Assembly (NCBI GenBank): GCA_038845975.1
Contig: JAWBQF010000039.1
Span: 1 to 20,880, forward strand
Direction of reading: 5' to 3'
Length of the DNA: 20,880 nucleotides
Origin: Candidatus Methanomethylicia archaeon
Lineage (GTDB): Archaea > Thermoproteota > Methanomethylicia > CALHIW01
Shown: one piece after another, positions 8,177 to 16,796 of the stretch
Layout: each line of letters opens with the position of its first letter
Numbering within the stretch: position 1 is the stretch's first letter
The notes under the pieces: model-generated
Told to the model about the DNA's origin: nothing
What the model saw: only the letters and a program-made list of their open reading frames with translations
Database searches by the model: none
Program-made: the position numbers and the translations under genes

Positions 8177-10737
8177 AGCCCTCTATGGTCGAGTATACAT
8201 TAAGACATAGATTATTGTCTCCTATAATGTATAGTAGCCTACTGAAGAGTTTAACTTGGCTATTTACATTTTTAATGTTTACTTCCATTTTAACTCCGGT
8301 TTTAGAATCTCAAGAAATATATATTTCTGAAGATCTAACATGGTGGCGTTTATACAATAGATTCGATAGTAATCCTACTAATATTACCGATAATGTAAAT
8401 GATCCGTATTTTGACTCTTGGTATGATGTTGCTACCGACGGGAAAACAATATTTTGTGTAGGATTTTGGGATTATTACTGGGATTCTAATTGGGTATATG
8501 GTAGACATTTAATGACTCTATATGATCTTAAAGGTAACGTACTGAAATCCCATGTATGGTATCCTCCTGTAGGTTTTTGGGGTACTGGAAGAAGAGGTGC
8601 TAGAGGTCTTGAAGCCTACTTTGACAGTCAATACTACTATGCTATTGGAATTGTATGTGAGGAGATAAATCCACCTGGTGGATGGACAGTAATAGATAAG
8701 GATGTCTACGTACTAAAATATACTAGTAGTGGGAGCCTAGTTTATAGCTATGTATCTAATGATGGGGATTATGCTTTTCAATGTAGGGATAACTATGGTA
8801 ATTATGCTTTAGGTTCACGTATTCGTCATAACTATTGTGAAGCTATGGTTAAGGTTGGTAGTGATATCTATGTTGCTGGATATGGTAGTATTGAGGTTTT
8901 CAACTGTTTAAACCATTACATATACGATGTCGGTATTATTAATCGAATAAGAGATTATGGTAGCTATGCTGGGCATGTAAGCTCTATTGAAGCTATTAAT
9001 GCTAGGTTTTTAGGAATTGCAAGTGATGGTGTTTACATATATGTTTCCGGATGGATGCCGGATGGTAATGGTAAGATAGGATATATTGGATGCTATACTA
9101 GGGATTTATCGCTAGTCTGGTGTAAAACTCTTAGCTTTACTACCGAGCTTTTCGAGGTAAGGTATAGTAATGGGTTTTTATATGTATGTGGCTATGTTTC
9201 AGATTCTTCAGGAATGAGTGATGCTGTACTAGTTAAGCTGGATAGGAATGGTGAAGTTGTTTGGTGGAGAAGATATGGATTACCAAACTCCAATGAGTGG
9301 TTTAGAAGCCTAGCTGTAGGTGAATACATATACGTTACTGGTGGGGGTAGAGGTGGAACATATTATCGGTATGTTTGGGAAACTCAACAGCAAGACTTTC
9401 TTATGCTTATAGTAGATAAGAATAATGGAGCTGTCGTCTGGGAGGATTCATGGGGTGGATCTGGCTGGGAGCTTGGTGAGGAGATAGCTCTAATATCTAT
9501 TTACGGGGTTGAATCCCCCATTGTTGTTGGAGGTATGGAGTCATGTATGCGTAGCCGGGAATGCTATATTGTAGCTTACTGGTCTCCAATTAAAACACCT
9601 ACTAAACATAGGCGTCTCATATTGGCACCATATACTGGGGAGTATATAAGTGAATTAAGCTCTAAATTTCTACCATATGAGTTTATTGGTGGTGATGTTA
9701 GCTACTGGATTAAGTTACCTGTTAAAACTATTGATGGAGCTACTAAGATAAATGGATTTGCCATACATTGGGTTAATGTAACAATGCATGGTAGTGATTG
9801 TACAGGATGGATTATATTTCCTAATAGTACTGTATATCCTGGATTAAGAAATATTCCTAATAGTATCAGTTTAATTTTCAATACTACATGCTATGGTGCT
9901 GAAATAATTGATGGTGAAGCTATTCAAAAAATCATAGTTGGAATACCTTTAAACACTACTGGTAGATTATCTGTTGCCTATATTGATGATTATGGTATTC
10001 TACATTTAGCTGGAGGATATGGTAAGTTAGATAAGGGTGTTAGACTAATAGCTTCAAATTCTACAGGTACCTATATCTTATCGTTTCTCATTAAGTCTGA
10101 TGTATATGAATATATTAATAATGGATGCTACATCAAGTCTAAAGTCTACTTTCTAAACTTTACTAGACCCTTTACTGTAATGAGCGCTAAGCTAAACTAT
10201 ACAGTTACACATTATGATAGTCATGTTGAAATAAACTTTACTCCAATATGGCTAGATAATGGTGAAATGATACTAAACAGAAACTTTACAGTTTACCTTG
10301 AGGAATTGAAGCTTAGAAGTATCTTCGTAAATCAAACAATAATTAAAATACCTCTTGAGAAGCTAAATGTTTTAGGAGTAGTTAACGGATCCATAACTGC
10401 TACATTACTACATTCACCTGGAAACGTTATTGTTAACTATGAGGCTGCTAAAATACCCTACTATGATTTAGCTTTAGAGGTTATATATAGAAACTCATCT
10501 ATACTTATATTAAGGGTTTTAAGATTTAATGATTTAGCACCTGTAGATGGAGTTAGGGTAAATCTTATAGCTGATGGCATTGTAGTAGATGAAAAGACTT
10601 CGAATACGGATGGCTTAGTTATTTTCACACCTCTACCATCATATATGGAGCTTAAAGCATCTCTAATACCTCCTAAATGCTCTACGATCTACAATACGTT
10701 AAGATATGGCAACATATTGATAGATAGCAGGGAGTAG
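8173..10737 (+). CDS. Large secreted protein: beta-propeller-like N-terminal half plus glycosylation-sequon-rich beta/Ig-like C-terminal half (adhesin candidate)
   Basis: Hydrophobic N-terminal segment. Repeating blade-like motifs (DVYVLKYTSSGSLV, DAVLVKLDRNGEVVW, YIYVSG/FLYVCG/YIYVTG). C-terminal PVDGVRVNL..TSNTDGLVIF. ATGA overlap with the upstream gene. Confidence 0.7.
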   Translation: MKPSMVEYTLRHRLLSPIMYSSLLKSLTWLFTFLMFTSILTPVLESQEIYISEDLTWWRLYNRFDSNPTNITDNVNDPYFDSWYDVATDGKTIFCVGFWDYYWDSNWVYGRHLMTLYDLKGNVLKSHVWYPPVGFWGTGRRGARGLEAYFDSQYYYAIGIVCEEINPPGGWTVIDKDVYVLKYTSSGSLVYSYVSNDGDYAFQCRDNYGNYALGSRIRHNYCEAMVKVGSDIYVAGYGSIEVFNCLNHYIYDVGIINRIRDYGSYAGHVSSIEAINARFLGIASDGVYIYVSGWMPDGNGKIGYIGCYTRDLSLVWCKTLSFTTELFEVRYSNGFLYVCGYVSDSSGMSDAVLVKLDRNGEVVWWRRYGLPNSNEWFRSLAVGEYIYVTGGGRGGTYYRYVWETQQQDFLMLIVDKNNGAVVWEDSWGGSGWELGEEIALISIYGVESPIVVGGMESCMRSRECYIVAYWSPIKTPTKHRRLILAPYTGEYISELSSKFLPYEFIGGDVSYWIKLPVKTIDGATKINGFAIHWVNVTMHGSDCTGWIIFPNSTVYPGLRNIPNSISLIFNTTCYGAEIIDGEAIQKIIVGIPLNTTGRLSVAYIDDYGILHLAGGYGKLDKGVRLIASNSTGTYILSFLIKSDVYEYINNGCYIKSKVYFLNFTRPFTVMSAKLNYTVTHYDSHVEINFTPIWLDNGEMILNRNFTVYLEELKLRSIFVNQTIIKIPLEKLNVLGVVNGSITATLLHSPGNVIVNYEAAKIPYYDLALEVIYRNSSILILRVLRFNDLAPVDGVRVNLIADGIVVDEKTSNTDGLVIFTPLPSYMELKASLIPPKCSTIYNTLRYGNILIDSRE

Positions 10738-10738
10738 A

Positions 10739-11473
10739 ATGTCTAGGTTAACCATAAATTGTAGGGGACTAGCCTTCCTATCAAAGATAATGATTATCAT
10801 AGTAATTCTAGGATTATCTACCCTGTTTCTAACTCTATTTCTACCTGTAATTCTAAAGCCTACCAGCCCATGTAATGGTAGAGATATTGGGGAGCTTATA
10901 GCTAATACTATGGAGGGTAGTTTAAGATCATCATCATCCTGTAGTTTAAATGGGAATTGCTTAATAGAGGTTTCATCATCTAGTAGATATGAGGTTAAGA
11001 TTATAATTAATGAACGTGAGGAAATAGTTGTAGAGCAGCCTAAAACCTTTATTAGAATTAATGGTTCATATGAAGTTTTCAATCAGGGTTTAGCAGTTAG
11101 AAACCATACTAGTACTCCTCCTATATGTATAAGTTACTGTGTTAACTCATCTATACATGTTAGACCTCTAATCTATTATTCCATAGGTGATATTGAAGAG
11201 TATAGTAAGAAGTTTATGGTGTTAAAGATCCTTATACCTGTATTAAATATCCAAAAACTAAAAAGTAGAGCTGGTAGTGTAACTATAAATTTTCTTCCAG
11301 AAAACTCTACTGTTAAGGAGTATGTACGTTTCTTCAGTACTCCTACATCAGCATCTCTAATTATAAATGGTCTACAAATATTGACATACAAGTTTTCTCC
11401 CTATTCTAATTATCAAGGATTAATAGTTAGGATTATTATTCAGAAGATATTTGTTAATCTGATAGGTGGTTAA
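10739..11473 (+). CDS. Minor pilin-like protein
   Basis: CRG|LAFLSKIMIIIVILG class III-like leader plus hydrophobic helix; 4 N-x-S/T sequons; operon context. Confidence 0.6.
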   Translation: MSRLTINCRGLAFLSKIMIIIVILGLSTLFLTLFLPVILKPTSPCNGRDIGELIANTMEGSLRSSSSCSLNGNCLIEVSSSSRYEVKIIINEREEIVVEQPKTFIRINGSYEVFNQGLAVRNHTSTPPICISYCVNSSIHVRPLIYYSIGDIEEYSKKFMVLKILIPVLNIQKLKSRAGSVTINFLPENSTVKEYVRFFSTPTSASLIINGLQILTYKFSPYSNYQGLIVRIIIQKIFVNLIGG

Positions 11474-11474
11474 T

Positions 11475-11843
11475 ATGGATAGACCGTTAACTGAGGTTTT
11501 AATAGCATTTATAATGGTAGCTATTACATGTCTAAGTATACCGTTAACTAGTAGCTTTCTACTAAATACTGAGTATGCTTCATCTTCCTTAAATGCTAAG
11601 TATTGTATTAATGTCTTAGCATTAGCCATATCAAGAGCTTCAAGAGTTTCCACCCCTCAAACTATTAGTCTACCATATACTATTGGAGTTCACGTAAATA
11701 ATACCATAGTAACAGTATCTATAGGCTATGCTAGTGAATCTATGGATGTAGGTATTCATGTTTTTGGTGGAGGTGTTTCAAACTGCTTTACAGTTTGGTT
11801 TAACAACTCATATGTTATAGTTAAGTCTGAGGTGGTGAAGTGA
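11475..11843 (+). CDS. Small pilin-like membrane-anchored protein
   Basis: MDRPLTEVLIAFIMVAITCL N-terminal helix with an early Glu and a beta-rich C-terminus; no clear G/A cleavage site. ATG 11475 follows AGGTGG (track start 11466). Confidence 0.5.
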   Translation: MDRPLTEVLIAFIMVAITCLSIPLTSSFLLNTEYASSSLNAKYCINVLALAISRASRVSTPQTISLPYTIGVHVNNTIVTVSIGYASESMDVGIHVFGGGVSNCFTVWFNNSYVIVKSEVVK

Positions 11844-12325
11844 AGGTTTTAAGTATTACTAAACTAAGTTCTCATGGTTTAAGCTATGTTTTACCTGTAT
11901 TGATATGTACTATAACAGTAATCTCAATTTCAGTATTAACAGCATCTATAGTCTATCCCCTAGTTATAAGAAGTAGAGGTAGTGAGGAAACTGTAAATTC
12001 AATACTTGCTATACATAATGCTATTGAAAGCATAGCTTATAGAATCGGTTCCTCAACAACTATATATGTAAATATTCCATCAGACTACCCTGTAATTATT
12101 GACTCACATACCGTTAAATGTATTAAAAACATAATTCTTAAAAGTAGAATTTTCAGCGATCCTAGGGGTATAGTTGATTTCATAGATGACTATGGGGTAA
12201 AGTATAGTAGGGTAGTAGTGAATAATTCAAAAGTTATTGTAGGAGTTTCAAGAATTACTTTAACATGTATTGGGGTTGTAAACGGTAAATCCATAGTATC
12301 TCTGGAAGTAGCTAGCATAGTCTAG
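11840..12325 (+). CDS. Minor pilin-like protein
   Basis: KLSSHG|LSYVLPVLICTITVISI class III-like leader; GTGA overlap with the upstream gene. Confidence 0.6.
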   Translation: MKVLSITKLSSHGLSYVLPVLICTITVISISVLTASIVYPLVIRSRGSEETVNSILAIHNAIESIAYRIGSSTTIYVNIPSDYPVIIDSHTVKCIKNIILKSRIFSDPRGIVDFIDDYGVKYSRVVVNNSKVIVGVSRITLTCIGVVNGKSIVSLEVASIV

Positions 12326-12409
12326 ATTATGGATATATGTGATCAATACGATATGTTAAGATATGGTTTATGATGTTGATTGTTAAATCTAGTCTAGTAG
12401 GGTGGTTAA

Positions 12410-12802
12410 GTGGAGGTTTTGTTTGAGATAGCTGTTGTATTTATGCTTTTCACCATAATGTTTTCAGTAGGTTTATTGGAGGTATGTTCCAGGGTTATTA
12501 CAGCCTCAAATCTAGTATGTACAGGCAGATTAGCCTACATAGCTGACTTAGAGGCCGAGAGAATAGCTAAACAGATACCCCCACAGCTTAAAGTAGCTAT
12601 TAACTCATCCATAATACTTTATGAAAGAGTTGAAAAGTATCAGTATGCTTTGAATAAATACTCTATGCTGGGATTCTGGGAGACTGAGAAGACAAGATAT
12701 TTACTGGTTTCTAATATTCTAAGAGCTGAATCTGTAAAACTTATCTATGTAGATAACTTTATTGTAAGAATTTATGTTGTTGCTTTTTGGGGTGGTTTAT
12801 GA
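12410..12802 (+). CDS. Small membrane-anchored protein, pilin-like by context
   Basis: N-terminal hydrophobic helix (VLFEIAVVFMLFTIMFSVG); GGTGG upstream; overlaps the next gene (ATGA). Confidence 0.5.
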   Translation: MEVLFEIAVVFMLFTIMFSVGLLEVCSRVITASNLVCTGRLAYIADLEAERIAKQIPPQLKVAINSSIILYERVEKYQYALNKYSMLGFWETEKTRYLLVSNILRAESVKLIYVDNFIVRIYVVAFWGGL

Positions 12803-13221
12803 AGCTTATATCTTCTAAAAAAGGTCAAGGAAGACTTATTGAGGGTGCTTTAGCATGTTTAATCCTACTTATTTGCTTTGGATCAGCCATGTATATTGTT
12901 GGTGTTAAAGCTCAAACAGTAATGAGGGTTTTTGATCTTGAGGATTTAGCTTATAGTGTTTTAAGTATACTAGATGAAGATGGGTTACTTGTTAAAGCTG
13001 TATATTTTGGAAGAATGGATGAGCTTAGAAATGCCTTAAATACGTTAATACCTTTAAGCATAGGATATAGATTTGAAGTTAGAGATTTAAATGGATATGT
13101 TGAGCAGGCATTGGAGGGTAATGGATTTAAAGCTGGAGATACAGAATCAGCTATTTACATATTATCATGCTATGCCGATTTAGATAATCCAAGAATAATT
13201 GTTCTAATTCTTTCAAGGTGA
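12799..13221 (+). CDS. Minor pilin-like protein with KKG|Q signal
   Basis: MKLISSKKG|QGRLIEGALACLILL; ATG 12799 overlaps the upstream stop (track start 12787). Confidence 0.7.
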   Translation: MKLISSKKGQGRLIEGALACLILLICFGSAMYIVGVKAQTVMRVFDLEDLAYSVLSILDEDGLLVKAVYFGRMDELRNALNTLIPLSIGYRFEVRDLNGYVEQALEGNGFKAGDTESAIYILSCYADLDNPRIIVLILSR

Positions 13222-13225
13222 TAAT

Positions 13226-13996
13226 GTGAATAACAAAGGTCAGATACTCATCATACTAGCTGTACTTCTAGGATCTATGCTTATTTCATTTGCCTCTCTA
13301 ATACCAAACTTTAACATTTCTATATTCATGCTTACCCCTCCCAAACAGGCTTTAACATCAATGTATCATAACTTAGAGATAAATGCTATAGCCTATGCCT
13401 CTAGAATATATATTCCAGATAGAGTAAGCTTTAATACACCTAATCCTCAAAGTATTAGCTTACAGGCTGAAAGTTACATTTTATATTTTAAATCTAAAGT
13501 TGAAAATGCTAGAGTAAATCAAGCATTATGGAGTATTATAAACATTACTGATGGCTACCTATTCAAATTTACCAATTTAGGAGCAGTACTTAGCCTAAAC
13601 TCAACAGTATCTGCCTTAGCACTATGGAATATTAGTAAACCTCATGTACCAGTAGATATTAATACAAGCTATAAAGTGGAATTAACTCTTCAAGACTTAA
13701 GTATTGTAATGAATCCTTACAGATATGGCTTCATATACAATTCCACAATTAAATACATACATATAGTCGATAATATAGCTACTAGATATCCTGAATTGAA
13801 TTTTACAGCATACACATTAAACAGCATTACTGGTACATGGGTTAGAACGGAAATATTAAAAATCATATATAGAGGTAACGGTATTTATAATTTAGCTATC
13901 GATATAGGTGTACCATTAAACGCTCAAAATCCATATGTAATAGTTCAGGTAGAAGATAGTTGTGGAGTAATACTATGGTTTAAATGTCAAGCATAG
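13226..13996 (+). CDS. Minor pilin-like protein with KG|Q signal
   Basis: MNNKG|QILIILAVLLGSMLISF; 7 N-x-S/T sequons; GGTGA upstream. Confidence 0.7.
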   Translation: MNNKGQILIILAVLLGSMLISFASLIPNFNISIFMLTPPKQALTSMYHNLEINAIAYASRIYIPDRVSFNTPNPQSISLQAESYILYFKSKVENARVNQALWSIINITDGYLFKFTNLGAVLSLNSTVSALALWNISKPHVPVDINTSYKVELTLQDLSIVMNPYRYGFIYNSTIKYIHIVDNIATRYPELNFTAYTLNSITGTWVRTEILKIIYRGNGIYNLAIDIGVPLNAQNPYVIVQVEDSCGVILWFKCQA

Positions 13997-14289
13997 ATGA
14001 TACTATGCTTTCAAGGCTTTTAAGGCTGAAGAATACTGTGAAAATTAATGGTTTACCGCTTCACATATCGTATAACTTATGGACTGGTATTGCATCTGTA
14101 TCCTATGGTAGCTTAAAAGTTGAGAAGATACTTGTCTGGAATGGTGGAGAAATCAATATATTGAATATTAAAATTAAGTTTAGAGGCTACTTAAATCCAT
14201 ATGCTGAAATCTACGTTAACAATACATTGTACACTAAGATTAGTAATATCCTTAAATTCAAAGCTAAACACTATAGAGCTAATAGCTAA
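13984..14289 (+). CDS. Hypothetical 101-aa beta-rich basic protein, last gene of the cluster
   Basis: Overlaps the upstream gene by 13 bp; no signal peptide or recognised motif. Confidence 0.5.
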   Translation: MSSIDDTMLSRLLRLKNTVKINGLPLHISYNLWTGIASVSYGSLKVEKILVWNGGEINILNIKIKFRGYLNPYAEIYVNNTLYTKISNILKFKAKHYRANS

Positions 14290-14351
14290 TGTACTAATTA
14301 AGTTTATAAGCTTGCTTCTAGATATTAGAAAGTTTGGAGTTTAGGATTATA

Positions 14352-15674
14352 ATGATTCCTCGTAGAACATGTCATATTGGAGATATAAAACCTGAAATGG
14401 ATGGATCTGAAATTGTAGTTTACGGTTGGATTCATTCAGTAAGAGATATTGGGAAAATTAAATTCATAGTTTTAAGAGATAAAACTGGACAAATACAGGT
14501 AATTGCTAGGAGAAATACTATTAATGAGGAAAAGTTTAAGCATATTAGTGATTTAGCTAGGGAAAGTATATTATGGATTAATGGTATAGTACAGAAAAGT
14601 GGAATTGCTAAGTCAGGTGTTGAAATTGTTCTAAAAGATTACGGTTTAATAAGTGAAGCTAAACCACTACCTATTGAGATATGGAGTCCAGACATTAACA
14701 CTCAATTTGCTAAAAGAATTGAATATAGATATCTGGATCTTAGAAGACCTGAAATACAAGCATTATTTAGAATTAGAGCTAAAACCCAGTCTTTAATTAG
14801 GCGTTTTCTAGAAAATCAGGGATTTACAGAAATAAACACTCCTAAAATAGTCTTAATGGGTGCTGAAAGCGGTGCTGATGTATTTGAAGTAAACTACTTC
14901 GGTAAACAAGCCTATCTTTCCCAAAGTCCCCAACTGTATAAGCAGATGTTAATGTCCTCAGGTATTGAAAAAGTATATGAGATTGCAGCTTACTGGAGAG
15001 CTGAAAAAAGCCATACATCAAGACATTTAACAGAATTTTGGATGCTTGATGTTGAAGTATCATTTATAGATGGTCTTAACGACATCTTAAAACTACTTGA
15101 GGATATGATGGTTTACATTATAACAAGACTTAAAGAAGAGGAGTGTGAAAGTCTTAGAGTATTAAACGTTAAATTAAATATTCCTAAAACTCCATTTCCA
15201 AGAGTAACTATAAGGGAAGCATATAGAATTCTAGCAGAGAACGGTAAGATACTTCAGTATGGTGACGATTTAGACACTGAAGCTGAAGAAAAGCTTGGTA
15301 ATATATTTATGGAGAAATATGATTCAGAATTTGTATTTGTGTTAGAATTTCCATGGGGTAAAAGCCCATTTTACTCCATGAGGAAAGACGATGAGCCTGA
15401 ATGGGTTGTTGGATTCGACCTACTCTACAAAGGATTAGAAGTGGCCTCAGGTAAGCAGAGAGAACATAGATATGAAAGGCTTCTACAAAATGTTAATGAG
15501 AAGAATCTAAGAATAGATACCTTAAAATGGTATCTTGAATCATTTAGATATGGTATGCCCCCCCATGGTGGTTTCGGATTTGGTATTGATAGATTTATAA
15601 AGCAAATGCTAAATCTAGAAGATATAAGAGAAGCAATACTATTCCCCAGAGATCCAGAGAGAATTTATCCATAA
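14352..15674 (+). CDS. aspS: Aspartyl-tRNA synthetase (archaeal type)
   Basis: OB-fold GWIHSVRDIGKIKFIVLRD; YRYLDLR; LSQSPQLYKQ; motif 2 WRAEKSHTSRHLTEF; motif 3 PPHGGFGFGIDR; FPRDPER. ATG 14352 likely (track start 14334). Confidence 0.95.
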   Translation: MIPRRTCHIGDIKPEMDGSEIVVYGWIHSVRDIGKIKFIVLRDKTGQIQVIARRNTINEEKFKHISDLARESILWINGIVQKSGIAKSGVEIVLKDYGLISEAKPLPIEIWSPDINTQFAKRIEYRYLDLRRPEIQALFRIRAKTQSLIRRFLENQGFTEINTPKIVLMGAESGADVFEVNYFGKQAYLSQSPQLYKQMLMSSGIEKVYEIAAYWRAEKSHTSRHLTEFWMLDVEVSFIDGLNDILKLLEDMMVYIITRLKEEECESLRVLNVKLNIPKTPFPRVTIREAYRILAENGKILQYGDDLDTEAEEKLGNIFMEKYDSEFVFVLEFPWGKSPFYSMRKDDEPEWVVGFDLLYKGLEVASGKQREHRYERLLQNVNEKNLRIDTLKWYLESFRYGMPPHGGFGFGIDRFIKQMLNLEDIREAILFPRDPERIYP

Positions 15675-15928
15675 TTATTATTGAGGAAGATAATTTATAT
15701 ATAGAATTGTGATGTTGTAAATAAATTTACACTTCCATCATTTCTTAAGAAGATTAAACTATATATGGCTTTAATATAATAGTACTATGATAAACCATTA
15801 TAGGTAGTGTTTAGAACTTAGTAAGTAATTTGGTTAAGGATGAAACTAAACTCTTAATAACTATATACCATTACTGGATTGTTATGATGAGCATGTATTC
15901 ATGCTATGGAGTCAGTAGTTCGTGTTGA

Positions 15929-16014
15929 CAACATGGATTAATAAGAAAGCAAACGCTAAGACTCATAGAACAATACCAAAATGGAATGATAAGACATGTT
16001 TAAGTTTGCAGGGC
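15929..16014. repeat. Diverged inverted copy of 20754-20844 (probable IS/MITE end)
   Basis: Shared ordered blocks ACATGGAT, GCTAAGA, TCATAGAA, CAATACCAAAAT, ACATGwTTAAGTT with the reverse complement of 20754-20844. Confidence 0.65.
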
Positions 16015-16016
16015 TA

Positions 16017-16735
16017 GTATTTCGCATAAGTTTCTCTATTGGTTTATGTATTTGTTATGTTGAATTGTTTTCTTGAGGAATTTTCCATTTCTCTTTTAGC
16101 TTATTCATGTTTTTGAATGTTTTTCCTAGATTTATGTTTAGTTCTGGTAAGTATCTTGTAGATATTGTTTATATCTACTGATTCAGGATTTTCATTGTGC
16201 ATTTTGATTTATGACTTGATCCATTATCCCATACAATGCATAATTCATCATATCTCCTCAACTTCTCCATGAAATCAATAATATGAGTTTAACTAGAATA
16301 ATGTATTGTAGAAACTTATTTCGCATAAGTTTCTACTATTTCGCATAGAAATAGTAGAAAACCATGTTATGGTTTCCTAATTATTGTTCTTAAAATTTTT
16401 CTAGATTCATCAATATTTCTCTACTAGCTTCCATCAACTCTCTAACCCATTAAATTCACTTATTAACTTCAGCCTTATAATGTCTACTTCTAGGCTTAGT
16501 TAAGCTATATCCAATACTAACAATATTCTCCTCATACGTAAGCATCAATAAAATCCACAAGTAAAATATGTAATAGTGCTTTGTGGCTTAATTCTGAAAT
16601 TTGCAAATTCAAGTTTACATAAAGTACGAAAAGCTTAATAAACATTCCTATAACCATAGTATTTAATGATATAGATTACGAGAAATGAATATTAAGCCAC
16701 AAAGCTGTAATAGAATAGAAACTTACACGAAATAC
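16017..16735 (-). mobile_element. IS630-family element remnant
   Basis: Inverted repeat GTATTTCGCATAAGTTTC / GAAACTTACACGAAATAC (2 mismatches). TA duplicated at 16015-16016 and 16736-16737 in a CTAG context. The - strand encodes LCIVWDNGSSHKSK and RYLPELN (IS630 DNAxxH and YSPELN motifs) interrupted by stops. Confidence 0.8.
16578..16705. mobile_element. MITE-A copy 2 (128 bp), nested in the IS630 remnant
   Basis: Perfect 15-bp TIR GCTTTGTGGCTTAAT / ATTAAGCCACAAAGC; flanking direct repeat TGTAATAGt (16569-16577) / TGTAATAGa (16706-16714). Confidence 0.92.
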
Positions 16736-16752
16736 TAGCGAATCTTATGCTG

Positions 16753-16766
16753 GAAAAGTATAAATA
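16753..16766 (+). promoter_or_regulatory. Probable BRE/TATA promoter of mtd
   Basis: GAAAAG followed by TATAAATA about 30 bp upstream of the start codon; GGTGG SD-like motif at 16788-16792. Confidence 0.55.
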
Positions 16767-16796
16767 TTAGCTTTTCTTCACTCTAATGGTGGTATC

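Noticed and set aside
10699-11653. - strand ORFs 10699-11082, 11176-11391 and 11420-11653
   Set aside because: Antisense shadows of pilin-like genes.
15803-15820. GGTAGTGTTTAGAACTTA resembling an IS1-type end
   Set aside because: No matching opposite end or transposase fragment found.
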